Source: an uncultured Blautia sp. (lineage in GTDB: Bacteria; Bacillota; Clostridia; Lachnospirales; Lachnospiraceae). Taken from it: DNA of 64,000 nucleotides. The notes under the pieces were generated by a model. That model did not search any database and was not told where the DNA came from. It saw only the letters and a program-made list of their open reading frames with translations. This document shows positions 18,136-27,028 of this stretch, in pieces; within the stretch, counting starts at the first letter, position 1; the number at the start of each line of letters is the position of its first letter. The position numbers were made by a program, and so were the translations under genes. The stretch spans positions 1,039 through 65,038 of the forward strand of contig CAKROW010000008.1 in the NCBI GenBank assembly GCA_934373235.1, in the 5' to 3' direction.

Positions 18136-20625
18136 CTAGGCCTCGTCTTTTCTCAGCGAACAGTCACCATCTGTCAGAGACAGATTGGGGTTGTAATAGG
18201 GATCTCCGTTTTTCAGGATATCCGGCCATTTCTCTTTGAACCGGGCGATCTCTCCGTGGAAACGCTGCACCTGACGGGCAGTTTCCTCTTTTCCCCTGGA
18301 CTTGGATTCATAATGATAAAGCTCCGCATATGGAGTAAATACTACCAGCTTATCTGCAGCCCTGACCTTCATGCACAGATCCACATCATTAAATGCCACC
18401 TGGAACTTCTCGTCAAAGCCTCCCACAGCTTCAAACACATCTCTCCTCATCATCATACAGGCAGCAGTGACAGCGGAATAATCCTGGGCACTGATAAGGC
18501 GTGCCTGGTATCCGTAGGTTTCTCTTGGCATACAGGAAAAAATATGTCCGGCAATACCGCCAAGGCCGATGACCACACCTGCATGCTGTACTGTGTCATC
18601 CGGATAATAAAGCTTTGCTCCTACTGCACCTACATCCTCTCTCTGGCTGTAGCCCAGCATTTCCTGTATCCAGTTCTCCGTGATGATCTCTGTATCATTG
18701 TTCAGGAACAGGAGATGTTCCCCGTCACAGCTCTTCACTGCAAAATTATTGATAGCCGCATAGTTGAAACCTTCCTTCCAGGTGATCACCCGGACCTTCG
18801 GTTCTTTTTTCTCTGTCTCCTCATACCACTTAAAAGTTTCCGGTTCTGTACTGTTGTTCTCCACAATAAGAATCTCATAGTTGGGATAAGCAGTCTTTTC
18901 AAGAACAGAATTTACACAGGTCTTAAGATCCTCTATATGGTCTTTGTTCGGGATGATAATGCTTACTTTGGGCTGACCCTGTACAGCATAATGTGTCCGG
19001 TATCTTCCGAAGATATTGGTACACTCTGCCTCTGCCTTAATGCCAAGGCGGTTATAATGCTCCTGTAAGGCTTTGCGTCCCGCATCAAAGGCGTACTGCT
19101 TGCTTCCCGGATTCTCTGCTGTGGAAGCCGGGTGGGAACGCCAGTGATAGAGAACCTTCGGCACATGGGCGATCCGGTCTGCCTTCTCCGAGCACCGCAG
19201 GATCAGGTCAAAATCCTGTGCTCCGTCATACTCCGGACGGAAACCTCCGATCTCGTCCATAATGGCCTTTCTCACAACAAAAATATGGCAGATATAATTG
19301 TTGCTGCGCAGAAGATCCAGATCAAAATCAGGCTTAAGGTTCGGCTCAAAATATTTTTTGCCGTTCATGGTCACCTTATCTTCATCTGTATAAACGATAT
19401 CTGTACGCTCCGGATCTTCGTTGATGGCTTTTACGATCTCGTACACCGCATCTCTTGCCACCACATCGTCATGGTCGGAAAGCATGATAAAATCGCCGGA
19501 TGCCATAGCTGCTGCCGCATTTGTGTTCTCGGAAATACCGCCGTTTTTCTCAAGCCTTTTATACTTCACTCTGGAATCTCTTCCGTATTTTCTGCGGATA
19601 TATTTTCCAACACGATCCTCCGAGCTTCCATCGGCCAGGCAGATCTCAATGTTATGATAAGACTGTCCTGTAAGGGAATCCATAAGCTCTCCCAGGAATT
19701 TTTCCGGTGTGTTGTAAAGAGGGATCACAATGCTGATCAGAGGCTCATAAGGAAATTTCACCCTGCTCTGGGCAAAAAGCTCCCTCTTTGAGGCCATCCG
19801 CTCCTGCATCCACATGGTATAATCTGCGAACCAGGGATCCATACGGTATTCCAGGTAACGCAAAAAGCCCCGGTATCCCTTCTCCCGTATCCTTTTTTTA
19901 TTTTCCTCTTTTTCTCCAAGAGCCTTCTTAAGCCTTCCCCATTTGGAATAGGCAGCATCGAACTTTTTCATCTCGATGCCGTATTTTTTGCTTGCATAGC
20001 CATTGGAAAAGACGATGCTTAAGACTTTGGCATGGACTGTTTTTCTCCTCATGGTAATGGAGAATCCACATTTCAGCTTCTCGTCAGTGATCTCGTAGGC
20101 TTTGTTTACATCCAGGCGCACCACTCTCTCCACTGCAAACTTCTGCGGTTCTCCCTTTTCATCTTTCACCTGGATGGAAATCTGAGAAATTGTTTCCAGG
20201 TCAAATCCCCATCCCTGGATCATCATGATATCTCCACGCTGTTCCAGTGCTTCCACCTTGTATACAACAGTCTGGTTATAATATTCTTCTTTTATCTTCT
20301 CCGTATTCTTCTCAAAAAGCAGTTCTTCTGTATCGCTGCCCACCAGATAAAGAGCCATTTTGTGATATTTTTCCATGAGACTTCTGATTTCCGGGACATA
20401 GATGGAAAAACCCGGTTTTTCCGGAATCTTTGTCTCCTTCAGTACATTGCCAAGATCCGGTCTTTCACGGAACTTAACTTCTGCCGGAACCACTTCCCCG
20501 TCAAAGCGGATTTCAAGCCTGAATGACTGCTCCGGTTCCGGGATCGCCCAGCCCTCAATATAGTAGACTGCCTGTTCATGTATTTCCACCTGTGCGATAT
20601 CAACGCTTTTTAAAAGATTATCCAT
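18136..20625 (-). CDS. Tandem two-domain GT2 glycosyltransferase with duplicated N-terminal module (paralog 3 of 3)
   Basis: ISIVIPLYNT..DHDD and VSIIIPNKDH..FLNNDTEI modules. C-terminal GDPYYNPNLSL. Two ~100-aa N-terminal repeats (YYIEGWAIP.., MMIQGWGFD..). Confidence 0.85.
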   Translation of the reverse strand: MDNLLKSVDIAQVEIHEQAVYYIEGWAIPEPEQSFRLEIRFDGEVVPAEVKFRERPDLGNVLKETKIPEKPGFSIYVPEIRSLMEKYHKMALYLVGSDTEELLFEKNTEKIKEEYYNQTVVYKVEALEQRGDIMMIQGWGFDLETISQISIQVKDEKGEPQKFAVERVVRLDVNKAYEITDEKLKCGFSITMRRKTVHAKVLSIVFSNGYASKKYGIEMKKFDAAYSKWGRLKKALGEKEENKKRIREKGYRGFLRYLEYRMDPWFADYTMWMQERMASKRELFAQSRVKFPYEPLISIVIPLYNTPEKFLGELMDSLTGQSYHNIEICLADGSSEDRVGKYIRRKYGRDSRVKYKRLEKNGGISENTNAAAAMASGDFIMLSDHDDVVARDAVYEIVKAINEDPERTDIVYTDEDKVTMNGKKYFEPNLKPDFDLDLLRSNNYICHIFVVRKAIMDEIGGFRPEYDGAQDFDLILRCSEKADRIAHVPKVLYHWRSHPASTAENPGSKQYAFDAGRKALQEHYNRLGIKAEAECTNIFGRYRTHYAVQGQPKVSIIIPNKDHIEDLKTCVNSVLEKTAYPNYEILIVENNSTEPETFKWYEETEKKEPKVRVITWKEGFNYAAINNFAVKSCDGEHLLFLNNDTEIITENWIQEMLGYSQREDVGAVGAKLYYPDDTVQHAGVVIGLGGIAGHIFSCMPRETYGYQARLISAQDYSAVTAACMMMRRDVFEAVGGFDEKFQVAFNDVDLCMKVRAADKLVVFTPYAELYHYESKSRGKEETARQVQRFHGEIARFKEKWPDILKNGDPYYNPNLSLTDGDCSLRKDEA

Positions 20626-22901
20626 TATTTCCTCTCAATTCCTTTTTTCACAGTCCTGTAAGCCTTCCAGACCTTTGTGCCCTCCATATCCCTGATCCGG
20701 GCCTCATAACGGATCTTTTCGGCTTCCAGCTCTTCCATCGCCCTGTGGAGATTCTCCACATCCTGTCGGAGCTTATCCACATCTGCCACAACTTCTGATG
20801 TAAGATTCTTTTCCTGTTTTCCAAGGCACTGGATCTCTGCGGAAAGAAACAGTTCTTCTGTCCCGTCCCTAAGCTCCTCTGTAACAAAATACGGGTCACT
20901 GCCTTCAAAGTAAAACAGACCCTCTCCTGCCGGCTTTCCATTGCATCCATAAACCACTTCTGTGCCATCTGCATATTTCAGGCTGTGGATACGCACAAGG
21001 CATGACTCCTCACATGGATCTATACGAAGACGTTTTACCTTACCTCTGGTCTGGATCATACCCTCAAACCGGTTTTCATTCTTTGGCAGAAACCAGGAAT
21101 CTTCCTCAGAAAAATCAGCACCTCTGTCTGCATAGATCTGTATTGCTTTCACCTCTCTGGCAAGATTCCTTACATCCAGGATCGTGCCCTGTGAAATATC
21201 CTGATACATATGGCGCATAGGCACTTTGGTTCCAAGAATAAACTGCTGGAAATTCTCTTCCATTTTTTCGAAAGCTTTCTGTTCTTCTTCTGTGATACCG
21301 GCTCTCTTATAGAAATCCAGCTCAAGAAGAGGGCATCTTGCAGTGCTTGTATAAAGATAATACTTCAACACCCTGTAGATCTGGTAATCTACAGGTACTG
21401 GAAACTCAAAACTCCACTCATAATCCAGAAGCTGCCACTCCTCTCCTGTCTTCAGAAGATTGGCACATACAGGATCAATGTCTGTCACCGGCGCACATTT
21501 AAGTCCCTCCGGAAGCTTTACATCACCAAATATCCTGCGAAAGCTGTCAGTCATTGCAAATTCCTGCTCTCCGGCAGCTTTCCTTAAGATGTCAATATAC
21601 TGGGAAAATTTTTCCCAGACCTTCTCATATTCCTTTGCAGACACCAGTCTGTCCAGCTCCTGTTCAAGGGTCTCGCCCTGCAGGTACTCAAGCCTGACGC
21701 CCTGTTCAAGCTTATCACACCGGTTCATATGGATACCGCTTCCCTGATAAAGCTTCTCAAGCTTCTCATACAGATCGTAGATCCTGCTGGTATGAGCGGA
21801 CCCTTTCCGGCTGCATGGAACCTTGATAACAGACTTCATGCCCTGGCTGTTTTCATGGATCTCTGTGCGGAGGGAATATGCGTCATCCCTCTCATTGGAA
21901 AACTTCACATATAGCGGACTGTCTTCCCACAGTTTTCCATCTTTTAAAGATGCCACGATCAGGAAAGAATTGGAAAAATCCGAATACAGGTCATTTCCGA
22001 TCAGACTGTCTGCCACCTGGATCTCATCAAAAAGCCGGAGGCGCGCCCTGTCAAAATTATAGTGGATCTCCCGCAGTTCTCCCTTCCTTGGAAGCCATCT
22101 GTCAGAATAAATGCTCATGGGGAATTTGTAATCCGGATAAGGGTAATACATCTGGTACTGGTATCCTCCTGCCCGGTCAAAGATCTCACCGATCTCCTTC
22201 CTGGAAAATGTCCGCACCCCTGTAGTATCCGGATACCCTTCCAAGCCCTCAAAGAATTTACCTACATGATCCTCTGTGCATCCTGCCCAGTATTTCAGGC
22301 CCAGGCGGTTCTCAATGGCTATGATAAGCTTGCCGTCCGGTTTCAGGAACCGGGACACCTTTTTCAGCATGTCTGTATAGGGAGTGTCTGTACCCATATA
22401 ACCCTCGGAATATTCAAAGACACCGATCAGTGTTACATAATCAAATTTTTCATCCAGACTTTTCTCGATGCTATCAAAATTTCCAACCAGGATCTCAATA
22501 TTGTCAAGATCCCGGTTACGGTTTGCATTGATAGTACTTCGCATTTTTGACAGCTCGATACAGGTGACTTTTTTGGCTTTTTTTGCCAGGACACCGGTTA
22601 CTGCCCCACAGCCGGAGCCGATCTCCAGAACAGTATCTTCCCTGGTCACAGGAAGCCAGTCTACAATATTTCCGCGGATATGTGAAAAATGATACAGCAC
22701 CGGCCAGCTTTTTCGCCGGGCGATCTCATGGTTCCACTCATCTTCCCTGTAATTTTCACTGATCTCAAGGAGTTCTTCCTCCACCTTTCCATCACTGTAC
22801 AGATCCTTTCCCGGATAAAATTCATAATCCAGTGTTACTTTTCCTATTTTTTCTTTCATAGTCTGCGCTTTCTCCAATTTCCTTCCCTGTGTTTCCGTCA
22901 A
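20625..22901 (-). CDS. WbdD-like multidomain protein: SAM methyltransferase + kinase-like domain + beta domain + C-terminal coiled coil
   Basis: VLEIGSGCGAVTGVLA (SAM motif I). Kinase/APH-like elements: VIKV, LEYLQGETL, TDIDPVCANLL, LLDYEWS. C-terminal heptad-like DVDKLRQDVENLHRAMEELEAEKIRYEARIRDMEG plus a basic tail. The start is ambiguous (TTG 22901 or ATG 22859). Confidence 0.7.
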   Translation of the reverse strand: MTETQGRKLEKAQTMKEKIGKVTLDYEFYPGKDLYSDGKVEEELLEISENYREDEWNHEIARRKSWPVLYHFSHIRGNIVDWLPVTREDTVLEIGSGCGAVTGVLAKKAKKVTCIELSKMRSTINANRNRDLDNIEILVGNFDSIEKSLDEKFDYVTLIGVFEYSEGYMGTDTPYTDMLKKVSRFLKPDGKLIIAIENRLGLKYWAGCTEDHVGKFFEGLEGYPDTTGVRTFSRKEIGEIFDRAGGYQYQMYYPYPDYKFPMSIYSDRWLPRKGELREIHYNFDRARLRLFDEIQVADSLIGNDLYSDFSNSFLIVASLKDGKLWEDSPLYVKFSNERDDAYSLRTEIHENSQGMKSVIKVPCSRKGSAHTSRIYDLYEKLEKLYQGSGIHMNRCDKLEQGVRLEYLQGETLEQELDRLVSAKEYEKVWEKFSQYIDILRKAAGEQEFAMTDSFRRIFGDVKLPEGLKCAPVTDIDPVCANLLKTGEEWQLLDYEWSFEFPVPVDYQIYRVLKYYLYTSTARCPLLELDFYKRAGITEEEQKAFEKMEENFQQFILGTKVPMRHMYQDISQGTILDVRNLAREVKAIQIYADRGADFSEEDSWFLPKNENRFEGMIQTRGKVKRLRIDPCEESCLVRIHSLKYADGTEVVYGCNGKPAGEGLFYFEGSDPYFVTEELRDGTEELFLSAEIQCLGKQEKNLTSEVVADVDKLRQDVENLHRAMEELEAEKIRYEARIRDMEGTKVWKAYRTVKKGIERK

Positions 22902-24226
22902 TTATTTTTGTCCTGATATTCCACAGTGACCCTGGAATTCATATCATAGAATCCAACTGTGTTCTTGGTTGAGATCACTGTCACATTACAGATATCATAC
23001 AGCCTGTGGAACACCTGGAAGTCTCCGTCCTGATACCCGGTGCAGCCCAAGGACAGAAGATACTCTCCCCCCTGCATATTCATCTCCTGGCGGAAGGTCA
23101 CAATAACCTCCCTGCCGTCTCCACATGGTTCAATATCTTTTTTCTCATACATGGTATTGGTTCCTGTGATCTCTGTTCCCTGTACATTCTTGAATGTAAA
23201 AGCCACAATAGGCTCCTGTACCTTCTCATGGAAACGGACTCTCACAAGAATGTCAAACACTGAATTTTTCTCTATGGTGTTGGTATAATTTCCCCTTGCA
23301 TCCCGCAGGGTAAAATCGATGATCTCGGCTTTTTTGTCACCATATTCCAGCTTCTGGGGATCTGTTTCAAAAGGTCTTGGCCATTTTCCCTCTGCCAGAC
23401 AGGAGGCGCTGTCTATCGTACCCATTGATTCAGCAGCCTCAGTCTGAGCCTGGATCACATCTGCTGCCCCTGTATCCACAGATACCTCATCGCCTCCTGC
23501 AAGAAGCTTCTTGTACCAGTCCACCATCTCCTTCGGAGCACCCTCTCCCATCTTTACACCTTTGTTAAGGAGGACTACACGGTCACAGTATTTGCTGATG
23601 CTTCCAAGGTCATGGCTTACAAACAGGATGGTCTTGCCACGTTTCTTAAATTCCTCAAATTTGCGGTAACATTTTGCCTGGAAAAATACGTCACCTACAG
23701 ACAGTGCCTCATCTACGATCAGGATCTCCGGATCGATATTGATGGCAACTGCAAAGGCCAGACGCACAAACATACCGCTGGAATATGTTTTTACCGGCTG
23801 ATGGATAAAATCACCGATATCCGCAAAATCCAGGATTGCCTGCAGTCTGGCTGTGATCTCCTCCCTTGTGAAACCGATCATGGTTCCGTTAAGGTATACA
23901 TTTTCCAGTCCGGAATACTCCATGTTAAATCCTGCACCCAGCTCCAGAAGTGCTGAGATCCTGCCATTCACCTCAAGGCTTCCGCCGGTTGGGTTCAGCA
24001 CTCCGGTGATGATCTTCAGGATGGTGGATTTTCCGGAGCCGTTGGTACCAATGATACCAACAGTCTCTCCTTTATTTACCTGAAAAGATACATCGTTAAG
24101 GGCATAATGCTCCCTGTATCTTTTCTTTTTTGACAGCCCCAGTGCCTCCTTGAGACGGTCAATGGGCTTGTCATAAAGCTTATACATCTTACTGATGTTA
24201 TTTACTGATATTGCAATATCCGACAT
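22898..24226 (-). CDS. wzt: Polysaccharide ABC exporter ATP-binding protein Wzt/TagH-type with C-terminal substrate-binding-like extension
   Basis: Walker A GTNGSGKST, signature SSGM, Walker B ILIVDE, then ~190 extra C-terminal residues (beta-rich, Wzt_C-like). Confidence 0.9.
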   Translation of the reverse strand: MSDIAISVNNISKMYKLYDKPIDRLKEALGLSKKKRYREHYALNDVSFQVNKGETVGIIGTNGSGKSTILKIITGVLNPTGGSLEVNGRISALLELGAGFNMEYSGLENVYLNGTMIGFTREEITARLQAILDFADIGDFIHQPVKTYSSGMFVRLAFAVAINIDPEILIVDEALSVGDVFFQAKCYRKFEEFKKRGKTILFVSHDLGSISKYCDRVVLLNKGVKMGEGAPKEMVDWYKKLLAGGDEVSVDTGAADVIQAQTEAAESMGTIDSASCLAEGKWPRPFETDPQKLEYGDKKAEIIDFTLRDARGNYTNTIEKNSVFDILVRVRFHEKVQEPIVAFTFKNVQGTEITGTNTMYEKKDIEPCGDGREVIVTFRQEMNMQGGEYLLSLGCTGYQDGDFQVFHRLYDICNVTVISTKNTVGFYDMNSRVTVEYQDKNN

Positions 24227-24248
24227 AAGTCAACCTCTCTTTGTTTTG

Positions 24249-25055
24249 TTAAAGCACGTCTGCAAAATGGGGTTTCAGACGTTTGAATATTACGGATCCC
24301 AATACAAAGAGCACTGCAGTCACTACCCAGAAATAAACCGTCCACGCCGGATGTGCCCAGATCCCGATATGTCCCAGCATGGAATCACGGTAACCTGTTA
24401 CAATATAATACATGGGATTCAGCTTAAAAAGTTTAATAGCCCATGGATAGGAATTCAGCATATTCACATCCCACATGATAGGTGTGAGCCATACGCCCAC
24501 CTGGAGTATGATGCTGATGATCTGTGTCAGATCCCTGAAAAAGATCACCACCGCACTGGTAGCGTACACCAGTCCCAGAACCAGCAGAAATGTGCAGAAT
24601 GAATAATACAGGATCTGCAATGTATAAAAGCCTGGCCTGTATCCGTAGCAGGTACATAATATCAGTGAAAATGCCACAAAGAAAATGTGCACAAAAAGTG
24701 CTGATACGATCTTCACAATAGGAAGGATACTGATCTTGAACACTACCTTTTTGACCAGATAATTGTATTCGATCAGCGCATTGGTGCCACCGTTTAATGC
24801 ATCCTGGAAAAAGAACCAGGGAATGATACCGGTAACCAGATAGAGCACAAAGGGATATTCTGATACATTTCCCGCCTTAAGTCCCACGGAAAATACAAAC
24901 CAGTATACCAGGATCGTCACAACAGGCTGAACAAACGCCCAGACGATTCCCAGATAGGAGCCTGCATATTTGGTTTTGAAGTCATTTTTTGCAAGGCTTA
25001 GCACAAGCTTTCTGTTATGATAAACCTCAGCCGGCAATGCTAATATTTTTTTCAT
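24249..25055 (-). CDS. wzm: Polysaccharide ABC exporter permease (ABC-2 type, Wzm/TagG-like)
   Basis: 268 aa with six predicted TM helices. N-terminal LAKNDFKTKYAGSYLGIVW motif is typical of ABC-2 glycan exporters. Confidence 0.85.
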   Translation of the reverse strand: MKKILALPAEVYHNRKLVLSLAKNDFKTKYAGSYLGIVWAFVQPVVTILVYWFVFSVGLKAGNVSEYPFVLYLVTGIIPWFFFQDALNGGTNALIEYNYLVKKVVFKISILPIVKIVSALFVHIFFVAFSLILCTCYGYRPGFYTLQILYYSFCTFLLVLGLVYATSAVVIFFRDLTQIISIILQVGVWLTPIMWDVNMLNSYPWAIKLFKLNPMYYIVTGYRDSMLGHIGIWAHPAWTVYFWVVTAVLFVLGSVIFKRLKPHFADVL

Positions 25056-25066
25056 TGTATTGTTTC

Positions 25067-25624
25067 CTATCGATTCTTATATTCCTCAAAGCTTCCCCAC
25101 TTCTGATCCTTATCAGAGAAGATCAGCTCCATGCCTTCCGGAATCGGCCACTCTACATTGATGTCCTTATCGTTCCAGATCAGGCCGCCCTCATCATTAG
25201 GATGGTAGAAATCAGAGCATTTATAAGTAAACTCCGCATTTTCAGAAAGTACAAGGAAACCATGTGCAAATCCCTTTGGGATAAAGAACTGTTTCTTGTT
25301 CTCAGCGGAAAGTACCACTCCGTACCACTGTCCGAAAGTTTTGGAACCTTCACGAAGGTCAACAGCAACGTCAAATACCTCACCGTTTACCACACGTACA
25401 AGCTTGTCCTGTGGATAATTGATCTGGAAATGAAGCCCACGGAGTACGCCGTAACGGGAGCTGGACTGATTGTCCTGAACAAATTCCACATCAATGCCTG
25501 CTTCCCTGAAGTCGTTATAGTTGTATGTCTCCATAAAATATCCTCTGGAATCTCCGAATACGGTAGGCTCCACCACTTTCAGTCCTTCAATATCTCCGCA
25601 CTGTGTTACTTTTATTTTTCCCAT
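25067..25624 (-). CDS. rfbC: dTDP-4-dehydrorhamnose 3,5-epimerase
   Basis: 185 aa with RmlC cupin motifs (DSRGYFMETY, VQDNQSSS..GVLRGLHFQ, KLVRVV.GEVFDVAVDLR, PKGFAHGF). Confidence 0.9.
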   Translation of the reverse strand: MGKIKVTQCGDIEGLKVVEPTVFGDSRGYFMETYNYNDFREAGIDVEFVQDNQSSSRYGVLRGLHFQINYPQDKLVRVVNGEVFDVAVDLREGSKTFGQWYGVVLSAENKKQFFIPKGFAHGFLVLSENAEFTYKCSDFYHPNDEGGLIWNDKDINVEWPIPEGMELIFSDKDQKWGSFEEYKNR

Positions 25625-25654
25625 TTTTCTGTTCTCCTTTTCTTTGGAATATGA

Positions 25655-27013
25655 TTATTTTTCGTAATTCTTTTGTTTTATCCTCAAAGCCGCTAAAAGG
25701 CCGATGAGCAGTAATATCATGGCAGCCATGACTACCAGAAGGATAAGCCTTGTCTTCGGGATGCCCTTCACTGTATCTTTCCGGGTATCTGCAGCATCGC
25801 TTGTCTCTGTCCCTGCTTTTCTTGCATGGCTGCTGTTGTCCGAAATGGTTCTGTCTGTGAGATTGCTGCCGTTTTCATCTGTATCTGTGGTTTCTGTTGT
25901 TTCTGCGGTTCCTGTTGTTTCTGTGGTTCCTGTATTTTCCTCAGTCCCGGGCACAGGCGTCTCTGTCACTGTGATCATTCCTGATCCAACCAGATGATCA
26001 CCAAGGTAGTAATCCTCCATCTGAGGATTATTTTCCTCCGGCTTCGTGGTAAGGGTGGATATATCCATTCCGTTGGGAACTGTGACGCTTCCTCCGTTTA
26101 CCTCGGTTCTGGTAAAATTCGTATATACATATTCACTTAACGCCTTCGTGTCCATACATGAGTAGGACAGGTTCTGGGCACGCATGGTAACAATGATATA
26201 CGTAAGCCCGTTCTGCTCCACCTCTGTCACAAGGGTCTGACCTGCTGCATTGGTGTAACCGGTCTTTCCCCCTTTGCATGGCTCGTAGTAGAACTCACTC
26301 TCCGGTGCCATCATTGCATGATGATTGGAAAGATTTCTCACCTGGCTGTTCATGTTGGTAGGCTGGATATCATGCTGTCTGGTGTGCACAACGGTACTGA
26401 AGGTATCATTCTTAAGTCCTGCCTGGTAGATCAGTGCCATATCCCTGGCTGAAGAATAATTATTCTCATCCGGAAGTCCGCTGGAATTGGCAAAATGCGT
26501 GTTCTCACAGCCAAGTTCTGCTGCCTTCTGGTTCATCATATCTATAAATGCCTGTTCCGTGCCGCCAATATGCTCTGCGATCTGTGCTGCCACGTCATTG
26601 GCAGAAGAAAGGATCAGTGCATACAGGCAGTCCTCCATACTGATAATCTCCCCCACCTGTGTGCCGATATTGCTGGAATCCGCATTGACATTTCGCACAC
26701 CTGTAGCAGTAAAAGTCACCTGTTCATCCATAGCAGAGTGTTCTGCTGCCACAAGTAAAGTCATAAGCTTGGTGATGCTGGCAGGATAACGCTGAAGGTC
26801 CGCACCCTTGTCATAGAGCACCCGGCCTGTTTCATTATCCATGACGACGGCAGTGTCCGAGGTGATCGCCGGTGCTGCCGGCCATCCTGTAATCTGGTCT
26901 GTAGTTACCGTACCGGCGGTGTTCAGATCCACTGCCCCATAGGCAGACACTGCACCTGCCCCGATAAAAACACACCCAAGGATTACTGCCAGGATCTTTT
27001 TATATTTTTTCAT
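25655..27013 (-). CDS. D-alanyl-D-alanine carboxypeptidase (PBP5/DacA-type, peptidase S11), catalytic motifs intact
   Basis: SITK (PASITKLMT), SAN and KTG (GGKTGYT) are all present. Signal peptide, T/E-rich linker, C-terminal TM anchor. ATG 27013 has a GGAG RBS; the ORF extends to TTG 27028. Confidence 0.85.
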   Translation of the reverse strand: MKKYKKILAVILGCVFIGAGAVSAYGAVDLNTAGTVTTDQITGWPAAPAITSDTAVVMDNETGRVLYDKGADLQRYPASITKLMTLLVAAEHSAMDEQVTFTATGVRNVNADSSNIGTQVGEIISMEDCLYALILSSANDVAAQIAEHIGGTEQAFIDMMNQKAAELGCENTHFANSSGLPDENNYSSARDMALIYQAGLKNDTFSTVVHTRQHDIQPTNMNSQVRNLSNHHAMMAPESEFYYEPCKGGKTGYTNAAGQTLVTEVEQNGLTYIIVTMRAQNLSYSCMDTKALSEYVYTNFTRTEVNGGSVTVPNGMDISTLTTKPEENNPQMEDYYLGDHLVGSGMITVTETPVPGTEENTGTTETTGTAETTETTDTDENGSNLTDRTISDNSSHARKAGTETSDAADTRKDTVKGIPKTRLILLVVMAAMILLLIGLLAALRIKQKNYEK

Positions 27014-27028
27014 AATATAAGTCTCCAA

